Shown here one piece after another: positions 1 through 13,795 of a stretch of 64,000 nucleotides of DNA; position 1 is the first letter of the stretch; each line of letters starts with the position of its first letter. Source of the DNA: Chrysomallon squamiferum. Lineage: Eukaryota; Animalia; Mollusca. The stretch lies in assembly GCA_012295275.1 (NCBI GenBank), contig CM022677.1:10540001-10604000 (forward strand). The letters are read 5' to 3'. The notes beneath the pieces were generated by a model. It made no database searches. It was not told the DNA's origin and saw only the letters and a program-made list of their open reading frames with translations. Made by a program: the position numbers and the translations under genes.

Positions 1-1621
1 CTGGTTATGCTCCTTATAGCTCCACAACCCTTGAGAAATGTGTTCCAGGTCAGAGTTTGTTTTATAGTAATAACAATAATAATAATACAACAATAAAAAA
101 AAGCAATAATAATAATACTAATAATAACAACAACAGTAATAACAATAACAATAATATTAATAACAATAATAAATAATACTAATAATAACAATAATAATAA
201 TACAAATAATAACAATAAAACCAAGAAAATAATAATAATAATAATAATGAAAAGAAACATCTCATGTTTATTAATTTTATTTATTCTCTTTCAAAAGATT
301 TACACCTCTCTCTCTGACCTGTCTGCCTTTTTCCTTTTCTTTTCTTCCTTTTCTTCATTGTTAATTGTTACTTGCAGATAGAATCTGAAATAATACATAA
401 ACTTTGATAATTGTGTTTATTTATTTTTTGTTTATTTATTTATTTCATTTTTTTTTTGTTTAATTGTTTGTTTCTTATTTCATTCATTCATTCATTCATT
501 CATTCATTCATTCTACGTTATGTTCCTATGCTATGTTTCATTCAGTTGTTGTTCTTTGGGAGCCATGTACAATTGGTACGAATCGATGTGGTGGATATGG
601 AGTTGTCTGCCTTGACAACGAGTGTCAGTGTAGAAGTGGACTGGTAGCCACCTCAAACGGGTTTGGGTGTAAACCGAAACCAAACAAGTACTACAGCCTG
701 TCACAACTAGGAGAAGCCTGTGATCCAAGCAAGCGAAAGTTCTGTTTTGATAAAGCGAATCAGGAGTGTGTGAATGGTTTCTGTCTGTGTAAAGCTGGTA
801 AGAGGAATGCCACACTGGTTGATGTCAGAGCTCAGTACACAAATTTAGCCCAGTGCAGATTGAAATCTCAACCAGAAGGTAAGTATCAAATTCAGAAATA
901 TTGTTATAACTTTTAATGTTTTAATTTATAATTATTATATTGTGTATATGTGTATTTATTTATTTACTTATTTATTGTGTGTATTTACTAATATATCCAC
1001 TGACCTATATATGTTTATTTATTTATTTATTTATTTATTATGGCTATATTCCACCAGTGACCTGTGTATAGTGTATTTATTTATTTATTTATTTATTTGT
1101 TCGACCATATATATTTATTTATTTATTTATTTCAGGCTATATTCCTCCAGTGACCTGTATTCAAGGAGTCATTCCTTTAGTGGCTGATCCCCCTGACTTT
1201 AAATCAGAAGCTGAAGGTAAAATTTGTTATCACACATACACGTATACTAGGACTAATATATAGGATATATAATAATATATATATATATTTTATTAGAACT
1301 AATATATAGGACGTATATCAGGACTAATATATAGGACATCTATTAGAACTAATATAGAGCAGCAATATGGTGGCAGCAGATGTGTTGTTAGTATTACTGG
1401 TTTTCAGTGTTTTCTGTGACTTGTGAGGTTTAAAATTAACATTGCAGGTTCCTCACCTTATCTGTTTTTCTATGTGTTGGTCCCAGCAGTACTGATTCTG
1501 ACAGCTGTGCTTGTAACTGTGAGCTCCATTATACGCAGAAGGTAAGCAAAACAAACAGAAAGACAGACTTAAAAATGTACAGACACACACACACACACAC
1601 ACTGTGACAGACAGACAAAAG

Positions 1622-1692
<71 letters not shown>

Positions 1693-2722
1693 GTAAGCAC
1701 TGATTACTATGGGTTACCAAGCAACCTTTTTAAAGATTTTGTTGTCCATGTCAGGCGAGTGGACAAAAGGTTTAAATCTGGTCCAGTTTCAACAGCAGCA
1801 TTTCTTGTTTGTGAGGATATGATTGGACTTTGTTTTCCTGTGCCAGTGTGCTCCTGAATATTGACTGTATGTCTATTGCCCCATCAGATGTACACAAGAT
1901 ACAGAATCTTCATACATAATACACACCCTCTCCATCTCTGTCAGTCTCACAGATATATAACAATAACATACACAGAAAAAGACAGTGTATTTAATAAGAA
2001 CAATATACATTTTCTATAGTCTATGAATATTTGCCAGTATTGCAGTACACACACTTAGATTTGCTTCACTCAGTCTCTCAATTCACACAAAAATACACAG
2101 AGATAAACAATATACAAACAATAAAAACCATAAGTCTGTTGAAAATATGTACTATAAACAAAACTTTTTTGAAACAAACATACTTTATCAATCTGAACAT
2201 ATATTCAAACTCTGAATGAAGAGGATACAATACAAATTGTTGTAGATTGTAACTCAGATGTTATAACATATCAAAGGAAAAAAATAACAACGAAACAAAC
2301 AACTAATAGTTTTCGACCCAGATCTTTTGCTGAGTCTGGTGGGTTTTTCTTAAGCAAGACTCCATTTTACCTCTTTCTGTATCTCTGTTGTGTCATTTAC
2401 AGTCACAAAAACACTCTCTAGGTCACACTAGGCCCAGATTAGCAACATCTATTTTAGTTTGAGTTAAGTTAAAAAATAATTAATTAAATAGGAAAAAAAA
2501 ATAAAAAATGAATATGAAAATTTGTTTTTAAAATGTTTATTTATTTTCAGGAGACAGCGTCAACGTCTTCTCAATGCTTCAGACAGTTGTTCATCAGTGA
2601 CTGGAGAAACTGAAACTGGTTTCCCTCGACCCAGCACTGCACTGTTTCGAGATGACAGAACCTGGTCACGAACCGAAACCAGTTTTAATAATCCTTCGTT
2701 TGTGTCACCACCTGACCAGTAA
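1..2722 (+). CDS. 3' part of a type I membrane protein with Cys-rich EB/EGF-like modules (gene 1 of cluster); exons <1-48, 546-878, 1136-1216, 1448-1541, 2551-2722
   Basis: Phase-compatible GT-AG exons give an open frame: ...GYAPYSSTTLEKCVP | two 6-Cys modules (LWEPC...CQCRSG...C; LGEAC...CLCKAG...C) | GYIPPVTCIQG... | hydrophobic segment YLFFYVLVPAVLILTAVLVTVSSII followed by RRRR | tail ending FNNPSFVSPPDQ*. AATAAA lies downstream at about 2772 and 2828. Confidence 0.85.
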
Positions 2723-4039
2723 GCTCAACTCAAGCAGCTGAAGGAATTTTTTTATTTTAATGAAGAAGAAAAATAAATAACAAAAAGATCAAGAAAAATA
2801 ATCAAAATTATTTGTCACGGTAGTATAATAAATATTTCATATATATTAAATTGTTGTTGGTTTGTTTTTTATCCTTAAAATAGAACTGCATGTAAATACC
2901 TAAATTTAGTCATGATGGAGATGGAAATTAATAACAGGAGATTAGGAGTAATATCAGATATTATATTATATTGTTGTTAGTTTTTCTTTGAGATAATCAG
3001 TTTGCATGATTATGTAACACTAACCAACCCTCTCCACAAAAACCAACACAATAAATAAATAAATAAAGCCAACAAAGTCTATAGTCATTGTTTTATTTGT
3101 TAACAAATAACAATAATTATAAATACAAACAAATATAAAAGCGAAATTAGTTTCTAATAATTTTCTCTAATACTACGTGCACATCTAGTAAAAGTAAAAA
3201 CTGAGTTTTATACCAATTTTTTAGGTATATTCTAAATCACATTTGTTTCTACAATCCTCAAATCTTGTAAATTAGATTTATGAAACATTCTACATTAACA
3301 AATATATAAATAACAAACTGTTTACTATCCATCATGATAGTAACTTAATTGTTAAATTTAATTAATCATAAAGAAATAAAAAACAATCAATTTCTCTTCT
3401 TGCAGTTATTCAAAATTGTCAAACAATCACATAATAGAACAAAAATTTTGAATTATTATTTGTTTAAACCACAAAATTCGACTAATTATATACCTGTAGG
3501 TAGATAACATGAGAGAAAATAGTAGTAGTAGATCAGTGAGGAAAACAATATTTAAACTATGAAAACGTCTATTTTTTTTTAAAAAGAAAGGAAAGAATAT
3601 AACAATTTTAAAATCTAATTATAAACAATTTATATCTGATTATCTTTCTAAACAACTCACAGAATTATAAAAGTACGTGTTTTAATTTTAAAAACAAATC
3701 ATGATGATAATTAATTACACAAATTTTAATGAACATGAAACATATATACAGTGTTTACTATGTCTTAAATCACAAATACCAAAAATTAACCACTTCTTGA
3801 AAAAATATTGGAAATTCAAAATAACCAAAATCTCTCTCTCTCTTCTATTATTTACTGCTGATATTATTATATACATATCTGCTTCTCTTTTATTATTAAT
3901 TAAGCAAGTTTATCTTTTTGTCACTCAAACACCAATGCACAAAAAAGACGTTTTCAAAGGAAACATTTTATTGTGTTGTTAAATAAGAACGACTGATCTT
4001 GCATTTCTTACGTTTTGTTCTGTCCACGTCAGGATATCA

Positions 4040-4142
<103 letters not shown>

Positions 4143-4166
4143 ATATATTTTAAGATTGTTTTTCAG

Positions 4167-5262
4167 GTTATCAAAATTGTTCTACCAAATGTTTGCTATC
4201 AACTGTTCATGGTATCTATGTTTTATTTACTTTCTTTATATATTTCTGTATTATTAACATGACTATTGTTGTTGTTGTTAGAAATAGTGATAGTATTAGA
4301 AGTTGATAATGTTTTTATAGTAGTAGTCGTTGGTGTTGCTGTTGGTGTCTAATGTTTACATATGTAAAACATCAAAAATTATTAATTAATTATTACATGA
4401 ATATGTTAACAGTAAAAGGAATATATTTAAAATACTTTTTATTATTAATATTTACTTTTTCTTTTAATTAATTAATTAATTAACTAATTAACTAATTTAT
4501 TTATTTATTTATTTATTTATTTATGTATTCATTTATTATTACAAATTTTAAATATTTTTAAAATTTTATTTTATACAGATGATAATCTGAAGATAATGGG
4601 ATTATGTAAAACGTCACCCAATTTGTGCCCCATCAACTCTAAAGGTTTGAACGTGGGATGTCTGGGCTAGCGATGTGTCTGTGAGAACGGAACCGTGGCA
4701 GATTCTGATAAAACATAGTGTCTTAAACGTAGTGTCTGTTATTATTAATATTATGATTATTCTTATTATTATTATTACTATTATTATTATTATGATTACT
4801 GATTTATTGGATTATTTCCCCTTACAATAGAATTAACGAAACAATATAGTAGATTTATTATGGATGTTGCGCAGTGATTCCCAATGTGTGGCGCTGTTTG
4901 AATATAATGTGAAAGTATATAATACGACCAAACTTCCAGTTACACTTCGTCTGCACGTATTATCGTGTATCAGGCAGCACCTAAGTGCAGTTTGTTTACA
5001 CAGTGGAGTTGATTTTGATATCTACTTTATATTCCAGTAATTATTCATTGAAAAAACTCAGTTTGTTTATATATCAAAGGGGACCTAAACATTTTAAAGA
5101 TGTTGAGGTGGGGCATGGAGCAGGAAAAGGTTTGGAATCACTGTTGCATCCTGTACATTGTAAATAAAATAATTTTATTTATTTCTTCTTTGAAGTTGTA
5201 GAATATATTTAATTTCGGATTCCCATCTGTAGCTCTACGTTAATTATTATTATTACTATTAC

Positions 5263-5314
<52 letters not shown>

Positions 5315-5643
5315 TATTTATTACAGTTGTAAACCTGGGAGAGTCGTGTACTCAGTCTGGACAGACTTGTACTAAAAGAGCGCTGTGTAAAAATGGCGTC
5401 TGTCAGTGTGAAACTGGTTTTGTCAAATCTGATGACGGAAAACGATGCTGAAAACAGTCGATTGCTACAAGTATAATTTTATTTTATTTACATGTATATC
5501 TTCATACATCCATACATCCATATATATATGTGTGTGCACACACACACATATACATACTTACATACACATACATACATACATACGTACGTACGTACATACA
5601 TACATATATATACTAATTTTTTCTACAGTTTTGTGTATATATC

Positions 5644-5731
<88 letters not shown>

Positions 5732-6822
5732 TGTAGGAATGGTAATCTATAATTTACTATACTGACGTTTAACAGATCAGAAAGGAGATATTTTGGGAGA
5801 TTCTTGTAACGCGTACAACATATTATGTGAAGACAGCCGAAATCAGTTCTGCAACGTCACGAAATGCACGTGCAAACCCAAATACAGACCAGCCAATGAA
5901 ATGTAGTTTCCCAATTTGCCAAAACTCACAGAATGTGTTCCTAAAAATTTCAAAATAGGTGAAATAGACTAACTAAATTACTAAATAATATAATGTAGTG
6001 TACTGTAAAAATTATCATACAAAATATAATGGAATGTAATAATAGTTATAATACAGCAGATGACAAATAGACAATATAATGCAATTCTGTACAACAAGTC
6101 ACAGCAGAACACACACAACAAAATTCGACTCAACATCGCATAATATATAGTACATGTTTATTTTATTATTTCAGGAGAATCTTTGCAAGCAGAATGCTTA
6201 TTTAAATACATTTTAAAGATAGTAGTAGTAATAGTAGTAGTAGTAATAATAATAATTTTCAGACTGTTCATGATTATAATAATGATGATGATAATGAAAT
6301 TATTCGAAGTAAAAACAGACAGCATTTGCAGTGATGCCAAATAGTGCAGCAGTAATTGCAGTAACAATAGTAGTAGTAGCAGTTATAGTATTAACAGTAG
6401 TAATAGTAGTAACATTATTAACAGAAGCAGTAGTATAGTAATAGTAGTAGTAATAGCAGCAGCATTTGTTGTTTTTTCTTGAGTATATCTCCTTCAAGCT
6501 AGTACCTAAAAAAGAAATATAATTTATTTTTCTATTCTTTCTTTCTCTGTTTACTTATTAAACTTTTCCTTTTTTTTTTTTTTTCCTCAGATCATATAAA
6601 TGTTTTAAAATATCATAAACAAACAATAATTTATTTATATATTCAGGAGATGTGGGATAGAAGTGCTACAAGGATTTTAACTGTAAAAACGTGGAATGTG
6701 CTAGAGCTGGTTGCGAAAAGAAATGCAGATGTAAAAACGGGACTGTTACGTCTGATGACTTTCAGAGTTGTCTCCCTGGTAAATAGAATCTTTAACCTGA
6801 GAAATAACAATATATAAATACA

Positions 6823-6861
<39 letters not shown>

Positions 6862-7830
6862 AGTGATAATATTAACAACAGCAAAATATTCATTGTTATG
6901 GCCAAGCGAACAGCAAAAGATAAACAATTGACCATATTTGTACTGCAGAATCTGTAACCCTGATCTCTGTGTTATATATGTTAATTATAATTTCTGGTCA
7001 ATATTATTTGCAAGTGAGCTTTTGTTAGGATTCTTTATTATAATTGTTTTTGTCTCAGGCAAATGAAATTTAACGAATATACGGAGCATGATTTAAAATA
7101 ACAACAACAACAACAATTTATTTATTTATTTATTTCCGCACTGTTTAGCTCGAAAACTGGCAGACAAATGTGATAGTTGGACTAAATGTGGAACGAAATA
7201 TTCATGCTGCAAACCGGAAATACGTCATGGTACCTGCAAGTGTATTCCTAGTCACTTCACTGCTGCAGATGGCAAGTTGTTAAAACGACGTCCAAACTGT
7301 GTGAAGGAATGGGCGACTCTAGGGGATGGAATGCTATGTTTACAGTTGTAAAAATAGCTTCAGAGCTGCTACTTTGCTCGAACGTTAAACATTCTTTCTG
7401 CGAGGATACTCTTTAAACAATCATGTGTAATTAGGTACGTTTTATTACGTCTTCATGTTTGTTTTATTATTATTATTATTATTAACTTTTTTAGTTTTTT
7501 AATCTCCTCGCCATTTGTTAATTTTAAATCGAGGCTTGTAAGTAGTTAGCCTCTGTATTTTGAAAATAATAATCGTAGACACAGCCATTTTCAACAAGGG
7601 TTCAAAACCAGCTTTAAAAAAAAAAAGAAGAAAAAAAAGAAAAAAAAAAAGGATTATGGAAGGGACAAGACATATTTATGATAACATTATAACTAATGCT
7701 GTTTTTTTGTATTTTTTACATTTTCCAGAATTATGCTTTTAATAAAATTCACTTTTGAATTTTTCATCTGTTTATTTCAGTAGTATTCTCAAAATGCAAA
7801 CGAAAAATACTATTACAAAGTTATGGAGAA

Positions 7831-7862
<32 letters not shown>

Positions 7863-7979
7863 ATGTATGTAATAAAAAGTGTGTAAAACTAATCATACAT
7901 CTGTGTAATAAATGACATTTGTACCATTAATTAATCACTATTTATTATTATTATTATTATTATTACTACTATTAATCAC

Positions 7980-8011
<32 letters not shown>

Positions 8012-8708
8012 GCTGTTATTGTTATTATCAACTTCAAAGTATTTTTTCTCTATACCTTATTATCTAAAAATATGGAGACGATGTTATGGGAAAAACTGAA
8101 CCTATAATGGCTATAGATAAATCAGCTACATCTACTACTACTACTACTACTACAGTGACTGAGCCTCACACTCCAACATCTACCACATCAGCATCTACTA
8201 AAGGAAAAACTGAACCTACAGATAAATAAACATCAGCTACACCTACTACTGCAAAAACTACTATAGTGACTGAGGCTCAGACTCCAAAACCTACCACAAC
8301 TACTACAGCTGAGACTACAACACCTATGGAAACCACAACAGTAGAAAAACAACTGAAACTGAATCTGGTCAGTAGAAGTTGTAGTTGCAGAAATAGTAAA
8401 TGTTGTATTTGTATAGGAATAGAGATAGTGGTTGTAATTGTAATAGTAGATGTTGTAGTTGTAGTAGGAATAGATTTCATTTATTATTATTATTATTATT
8501 TTTATTTTTGTTTTGTTTCAAGATTTGTGTATATAAACTATAGAACTATATACTGTATCTTGTGTATATAAACTATATAACTATATACTGGATTTCAGCT
8601 CTGTGTCAGAAAGATGATCAGTTATCTGCATCGTGGCAGACATCATTCCTGCATACAAAGTGTTTGTCAATGACAACAACTGTCCACACATCAGTGGAGG
8701 ATGTCCAG
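4167..8708 (+). pseudogene. Pseudogene copy A of EB-module/mucin gene (inverted paralog of 39.2-44.4 kb)
   Basis: Exon-by-exon match to the minus-strand gene. Lesions: ATG>ATT at about 4176; stops TAG 4668, TAG 4716, TGA 5449, TAG 5904 and TAG 6658; lost donor after the 27-nt micro-exon (about 6201); deletions in the 7149-7434 exon; frameshift in the 8599-8708 exon. Confidence 0.92.
4872..5143. mobile_element. hAT (Charlie-like) MITE, about 272 bp
   Basis: Ends CAGTGATTCCCAA ... TTTGGAATCACTG. The segment is absent from the homologous intron of copy B (about 43590-43620). No clean 8-bp TSD is visible. Confidence 0.75.
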
Positions 8709-8860
8709 GTTAGTGAAAGAGAAAAAGAAAAAACAAAAATTTGTTGTTTTTGTATTCAAGTAATTTTAGTAAACAAATGTTTGTGGTGGGTTTTATTTTG
8801 TAGTTAAGTAATTTTAACAAACAAATGTTTTAAATGTTTTATTTTCTTTTAGATAGTTTA

Positions 8861-9525
8861 AATGTATCTCTTTTATATAATTCTTTAGAAGGTCTGACTC
8901 AAGATAAAATAATATATTTCTATATATGTCAGGAATGTACAGTGAATGTGGCCAACTGATAACAAAACTCATCTAAACTTATGAGCAAACTTGTGATGTA
9001 CATGTTCACATTGTCTTAATGGCAGACAGCACTTTTATATGATTTACTTTAAAGCTGAATCAGATCACAGTTTGGTAGTCAGTGATCTACAGTTTCTCCG
9101 AGGCCAACACACAGTCGCTATACACAGAGTTATCAGAAAAAAGTTTAAATACATCTCTTTTATATAATTCTTTAGAAGTTCTGACTCAACTAGTTCCTTG
9201 TTACACAGTCTTCTTTTGAATCTGTTGTTGTCAATATTCTATTAGTATTATGTTATGATGAAGATGAAGATGATGATGATCAAGAAAAGATAAAATAATA
9301 TATATATGTCAGAAATGTGGGCAACTTATAACAAAATTTATGACCAATCAAAGGTTATACATGACTAGTGATTTACAGTTGCACATTGTCCTCATGGTAG
9401 ACCACACAACAAACTTGTGATTTACTCCAACATGATGCTTCAAGGTCATTTTGTGTTCACTTTGTCTGGTGGTGAATGAGCTACAGAGTTTGTCTGATGC
9501 CAAAAACAGAGTTACTGTTTAAATG
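8861..9525 (+). repeat. Degraded tandem duplication (about 300-370 bp units), possibly dead exons downstream of copy A
   Basis: atctcttttatataattctttagaag.tctgactcaa occurs at about 8866 and 9153. tatatatgtcag..aatgtgg.caact.ataacaaa occurs at about 8922 and 9302, with further matches (cacattgtc, gatttact, gtgatctacag/tgagctacag). Confidence 0.6.
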
Positions 9526-9680
9526 TTTACCAAACAAGAGAAATTGTTTAATGCATGATAATTTTCTTTGTTTTGCAGAATGGAACTGTGATTTAGGACT
9601 TATCAGTTGCCATAAGTACTCAGATGTAGAAATTATATAAAATGGTTTTTAATTTATTTTTATCTTTCTGTCACTATTTC

Positions 9681-9767
<87 letters not shown>

Positions 9768-10164
9768 AACACACACACACATTCTCTCACTGATGATCTG
9801 TAACATATTTTATTTTTATATTGATAACCAATTCTGTCAAGATTAACAAAAACAACAAAAACATTCATTAATCAGTATAAAACATCCTGTTTTCTGAATC
9901 AATTTTAAAATGAGGTACGAGACAATGGTTTTAATTTTTCAAACACATACAAACAGAAACTATTTTTAAATAAATAAATAAAATATTTAAAATGCAGGTG
10001 TTGTCAGGTAATGTGTTTTTGTTGAATATTGAGGGACACACCCAGTTAGTAGTTAGACTGGAGAGGTAGTGAAGTGTGACTATTTAATTTTCAAATTTTC
10101 TGTCAAGCTGTGATTCTTCTGATCTTTTATACAAAGGATTACTGCTCACACCCATACATGGACG

Positions 10165-10202
<38 letters not shown>

Positions 10203-10789
10203 TTCATTCATTCATTCATTCATTTATTTTTAATGTATCCTTTTTTTTTACTCTTTATTTAACATATTTTTCTTTTATTCAGAACAAATCCATTTTTCAG
10301 ATTTTTTTTGAGGTCATTAATAATTTTTTTTGTGGTCATTAATCAGAATTTTTTTTTGAATTTCATTCAAATAATTTTGAGGTGTGGTCATTAATAAACT
10401 TGATTGATATAATTTTATATTATTATATTTTTTTTTTATGTGATCAGTAACATCTTACATGAACGTGTTTGTCATGCTTGAACAATGATAGCTGCATCCT
10501 TCATGATTTCTCATAATATTTAATCTCTCTCTCTCTGTCACCGAATTTTAGATATCCAGGTTAAAATTTGTGTATATATATATATATATATATAAATAAT
10601 TATAACTGATTGAGTGCCCATATAATTAGTAATTAAATAAATAAAAAAATAAAATAAAATAAAATAAAAAAATAAATATTATGCACATAAGGAACCATTA
10701 ATCCAGAATCTAGAAAGCCAGAATCCAAGAAACGTGGGGAAAATATTAATATCCTGAAGAGATTAGTCTGCTATGAAATTTTCGTCATA

Positions 10790-12144
10790 TACTGAAGTGC
10801 ACAAACTCCATATAGTCGTAACGAACCAAAGGCAACCTTGTGTTGATGCGGCCAAAACACACCAAAAAACGTTATTCAGTATTTTGTGTGAATGTAGCTA
10901 AAAACACGATTTTCTTCAACTAGACATGAAATTTTGTTCATAGCAGTATAACAGTCATTGGTCATTGTGCAGAAAACATTTAGGTTTACAGAAAAACACA
11001 AGTAAAATGCCAAGATTGTCTGCATCACAACGAGAGTGAGCCATTGGTATGGCACAGATTGGGCTTGGAGCAGTCATATTGTTCAAACCTTTGGCTGCTC
11101 AAAGCAAACCATAAATAGTATGCATATACGATTTAACCAGACTGACCAGACACATGATCGACCCAGAAGTAGAAGACCAAGGGTGACCACCACACGAGAA
11201 GACCAGTACTTGCGTGTTCTCCACTTACATAACAGGTTCATCACGGTGACGTGATCGGCATCAGCAGCATTGCCTCACTGCATCAGCAGGAACACAGTGA
11301 TGAGGTGACAGCTTGCTGCTGGTATCCAGGCCTATAGACCATTTGGTGGGATGTCCTTGACCCGTCAACATCTTATGAATTGTCTATGCTGAGCAAGGAC
11401 AGTACGTCGCTGGCAATGTTGTAACGGTACGAGTGCTCTTCACTGACGAAAGCTGCTTCGACATGTTTTGTGCAGAGTGAGAATATACAGACGTGGAGGT
11501 GAACAACTGGCTCCACAATGCATTAAGAAGTCCAACCCTTTGGCGGTGGTGGTATCATTGTTTGTGGGGATCAGTAAACCCGTCTAGTCACCATCCAGGG
11601 AAACCTGGCAGCTCAGAGGTATACTGAGCAAGTTTTGTAACCAGTTGTCCTTCCTTTCTTAAGTCCGGGGTTCAAATTGCAGCAAGAAAACGGCAGACCA
11701 CATACTGCCAGAATCACTATTGACTTCTTTAACCACCATAACTTTCAACTGCTGTGTTGAACATCTATGGGACAAACTAGGAGCTGGAACAGGCCCTGCA
11801 AGAAGAGTGGACTTGGACCCCAAATAATGTCATCCAACAGCTGACGTTTTCAATGAGGAGGCGAGTACTGGCTTGTATCAATGCCATACAAGATACTGAG
11901 TATGTTTAATTCACTATTGTGATAAACTGTCGGCTTTAAGTGGCAGTATCCTGATTTATATTTGCTTATGGAATTTTCCATTTATAACCCCCACATGTTT
12001 GAATGAAACATTGTTGCTGAAGAATGTTTGTGAAGACACAATCCTGGGTGACATATTGAGTATCAATACACATTTGATACATTTGCAAATGTTTTTGACT
12101 TATAGGAGTTATTCGTGATGGAAATTTTCATTTGTACTTCAGTG
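10790..12144 (+). mobile_element. Decayed Tc1/mariner-family DNA transposon
   Basis: Transposase remnants from ATG 11007: MPRLSASQRE*AIGM, DRPRSRRPRVTTTREDQYLR, VLFTDESCF, QQENGRPHTAR, EHLWDKLG, with stops and frameshifts. The left end actgaagtgcacaaactccatatagtc matches the right end gacttataggagtt[insert]tttgtacttcagtg in reverse complement. Confidence 0.9.
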
Positions 12145-13481
12145 AACAAAGAACTGGGTGCATGATGATGTCTAATTAGAATTATTTTTATTCTAATTTT
12201 TTAATCTTTTTAGATCTTCACTTTCTTACCCGGTATTCATATTTAAATAAATTAATCTCTTTTTTATTCCAGTTACTGAGTTTTAGAAGACCTGTGATCC
12301 AAGCACTTAATGTTTGACAATATATAAAAACAAAACAAAAATAGTAAGTAGTAGTAGTAGTAGTAGCAGTAGAAAATAAATAAAAAATAATTACGAAAAC
12401 CTTCCTTCATTTTATCAGTTACATTTCATAATTCTTTACAGTATATACATAAATATGCAAAACCATGTTAGCTGAAATGCGGATGCTGTGTACATAAATA
12501 AATAAATAAATAAATAAATAAGTATTGAATCTTATTGCTATAATTATGGTGTTACATTTCCAAGAAAGATTAAAATTAATGTTTATACAAAAATGTAAAA
12601 AAAACAAAAAAAAAACTAACATAGATACTGCCGACAAAATACATCATTTTAATGATTGTGTTTGTATGAAAAATAATCATAGAGGTACATATACCCTTTC
12701 TCTCTCTCACTCTCTTTCGTTCTCTGTCATATACACATGATTGCATACACATGCACACACAGACACAAACTAAAAATGTATTAAAAATCAAAACTGAAAT
12801 AATGCAAAGACAACAATTTCAGTTCCTTTTCTACCCATCAATTCTTAGTCGTCTACAGGCTTGTGTATGTTTATCAAAAAATATGATACGTGACAAGCAG
12901 ACCAGCATACTGACACACAGCAGATGTACCCGGGACGCACTTCATTATGCATACATCCGGATACAGGGTGTGGTGCTCATAAAAAACACACGCAGAGAAA
13001 CGCCTTACAGACTACATCAACAAAAAGCAACATCAATTTCATCTTCTTTCATTTTATTAGCACGAATTTGAAGAGGTAAGTGATAACATTGTATGTATTT
13101 TTATTTTAATACGATTTATTTTTTAAAACTTTCAGGTCTGATTATTAAATGTGTTGAAGTATCAAGATATATATATAGAGAGATATATTAAATAAAAAAT
13201 ATTTGCTTATTCTGTTTTTAATTTTTTAATTTATTTATTTAATTTCTTATTTACGTTTTTGTTGCTGTATTTCATTCATAAAATTAGAACTTTGTCAGTA
13301 ATATAAATATGTCTACTTTCTTCTAACTTATTTATTATCAATTAATTATTTATTTATTTCCTTATTTCTTGCTCCAATTATACTAATGACATTTTCTAGA
13401 CTTTTCAAACAAAAATAAATATTTATTTATTAATTTTATTTGCTATATTTTCAGCAGATGCAGAAGAAATCTTAAAAGAAA

Positions 13482-13754
13482 ATGTTTGTCACGTGTCTAA
13501 TTTTTGTCGTTGTTGCGCATGTTCATAATATCCATGGTAATAATATTTAAAATTTATCTTTTCTTCCTTATAAATGAAAATAATAATAAATGTCACTATA
13601 AAAATATTCTTGTTTTCTCTCTCGGTCTTGGTCTATCTGTTTCTACTTGTTTTTGTTTTTGTTCTTTTATTTTCACATATATTTATTTATCTGTTTATTT
13701 ATTTTGTCAGTCTGACTATCTTTATCAGTTTCATATATATATATATATATATAT

Positions 13755-13795
<41 letters not shown>

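Noticed and set aside
1700-1900. GC-richer intronic block with a short minus-strand open frame
   Set aside because: No recognisable motif or convincing splice pair.
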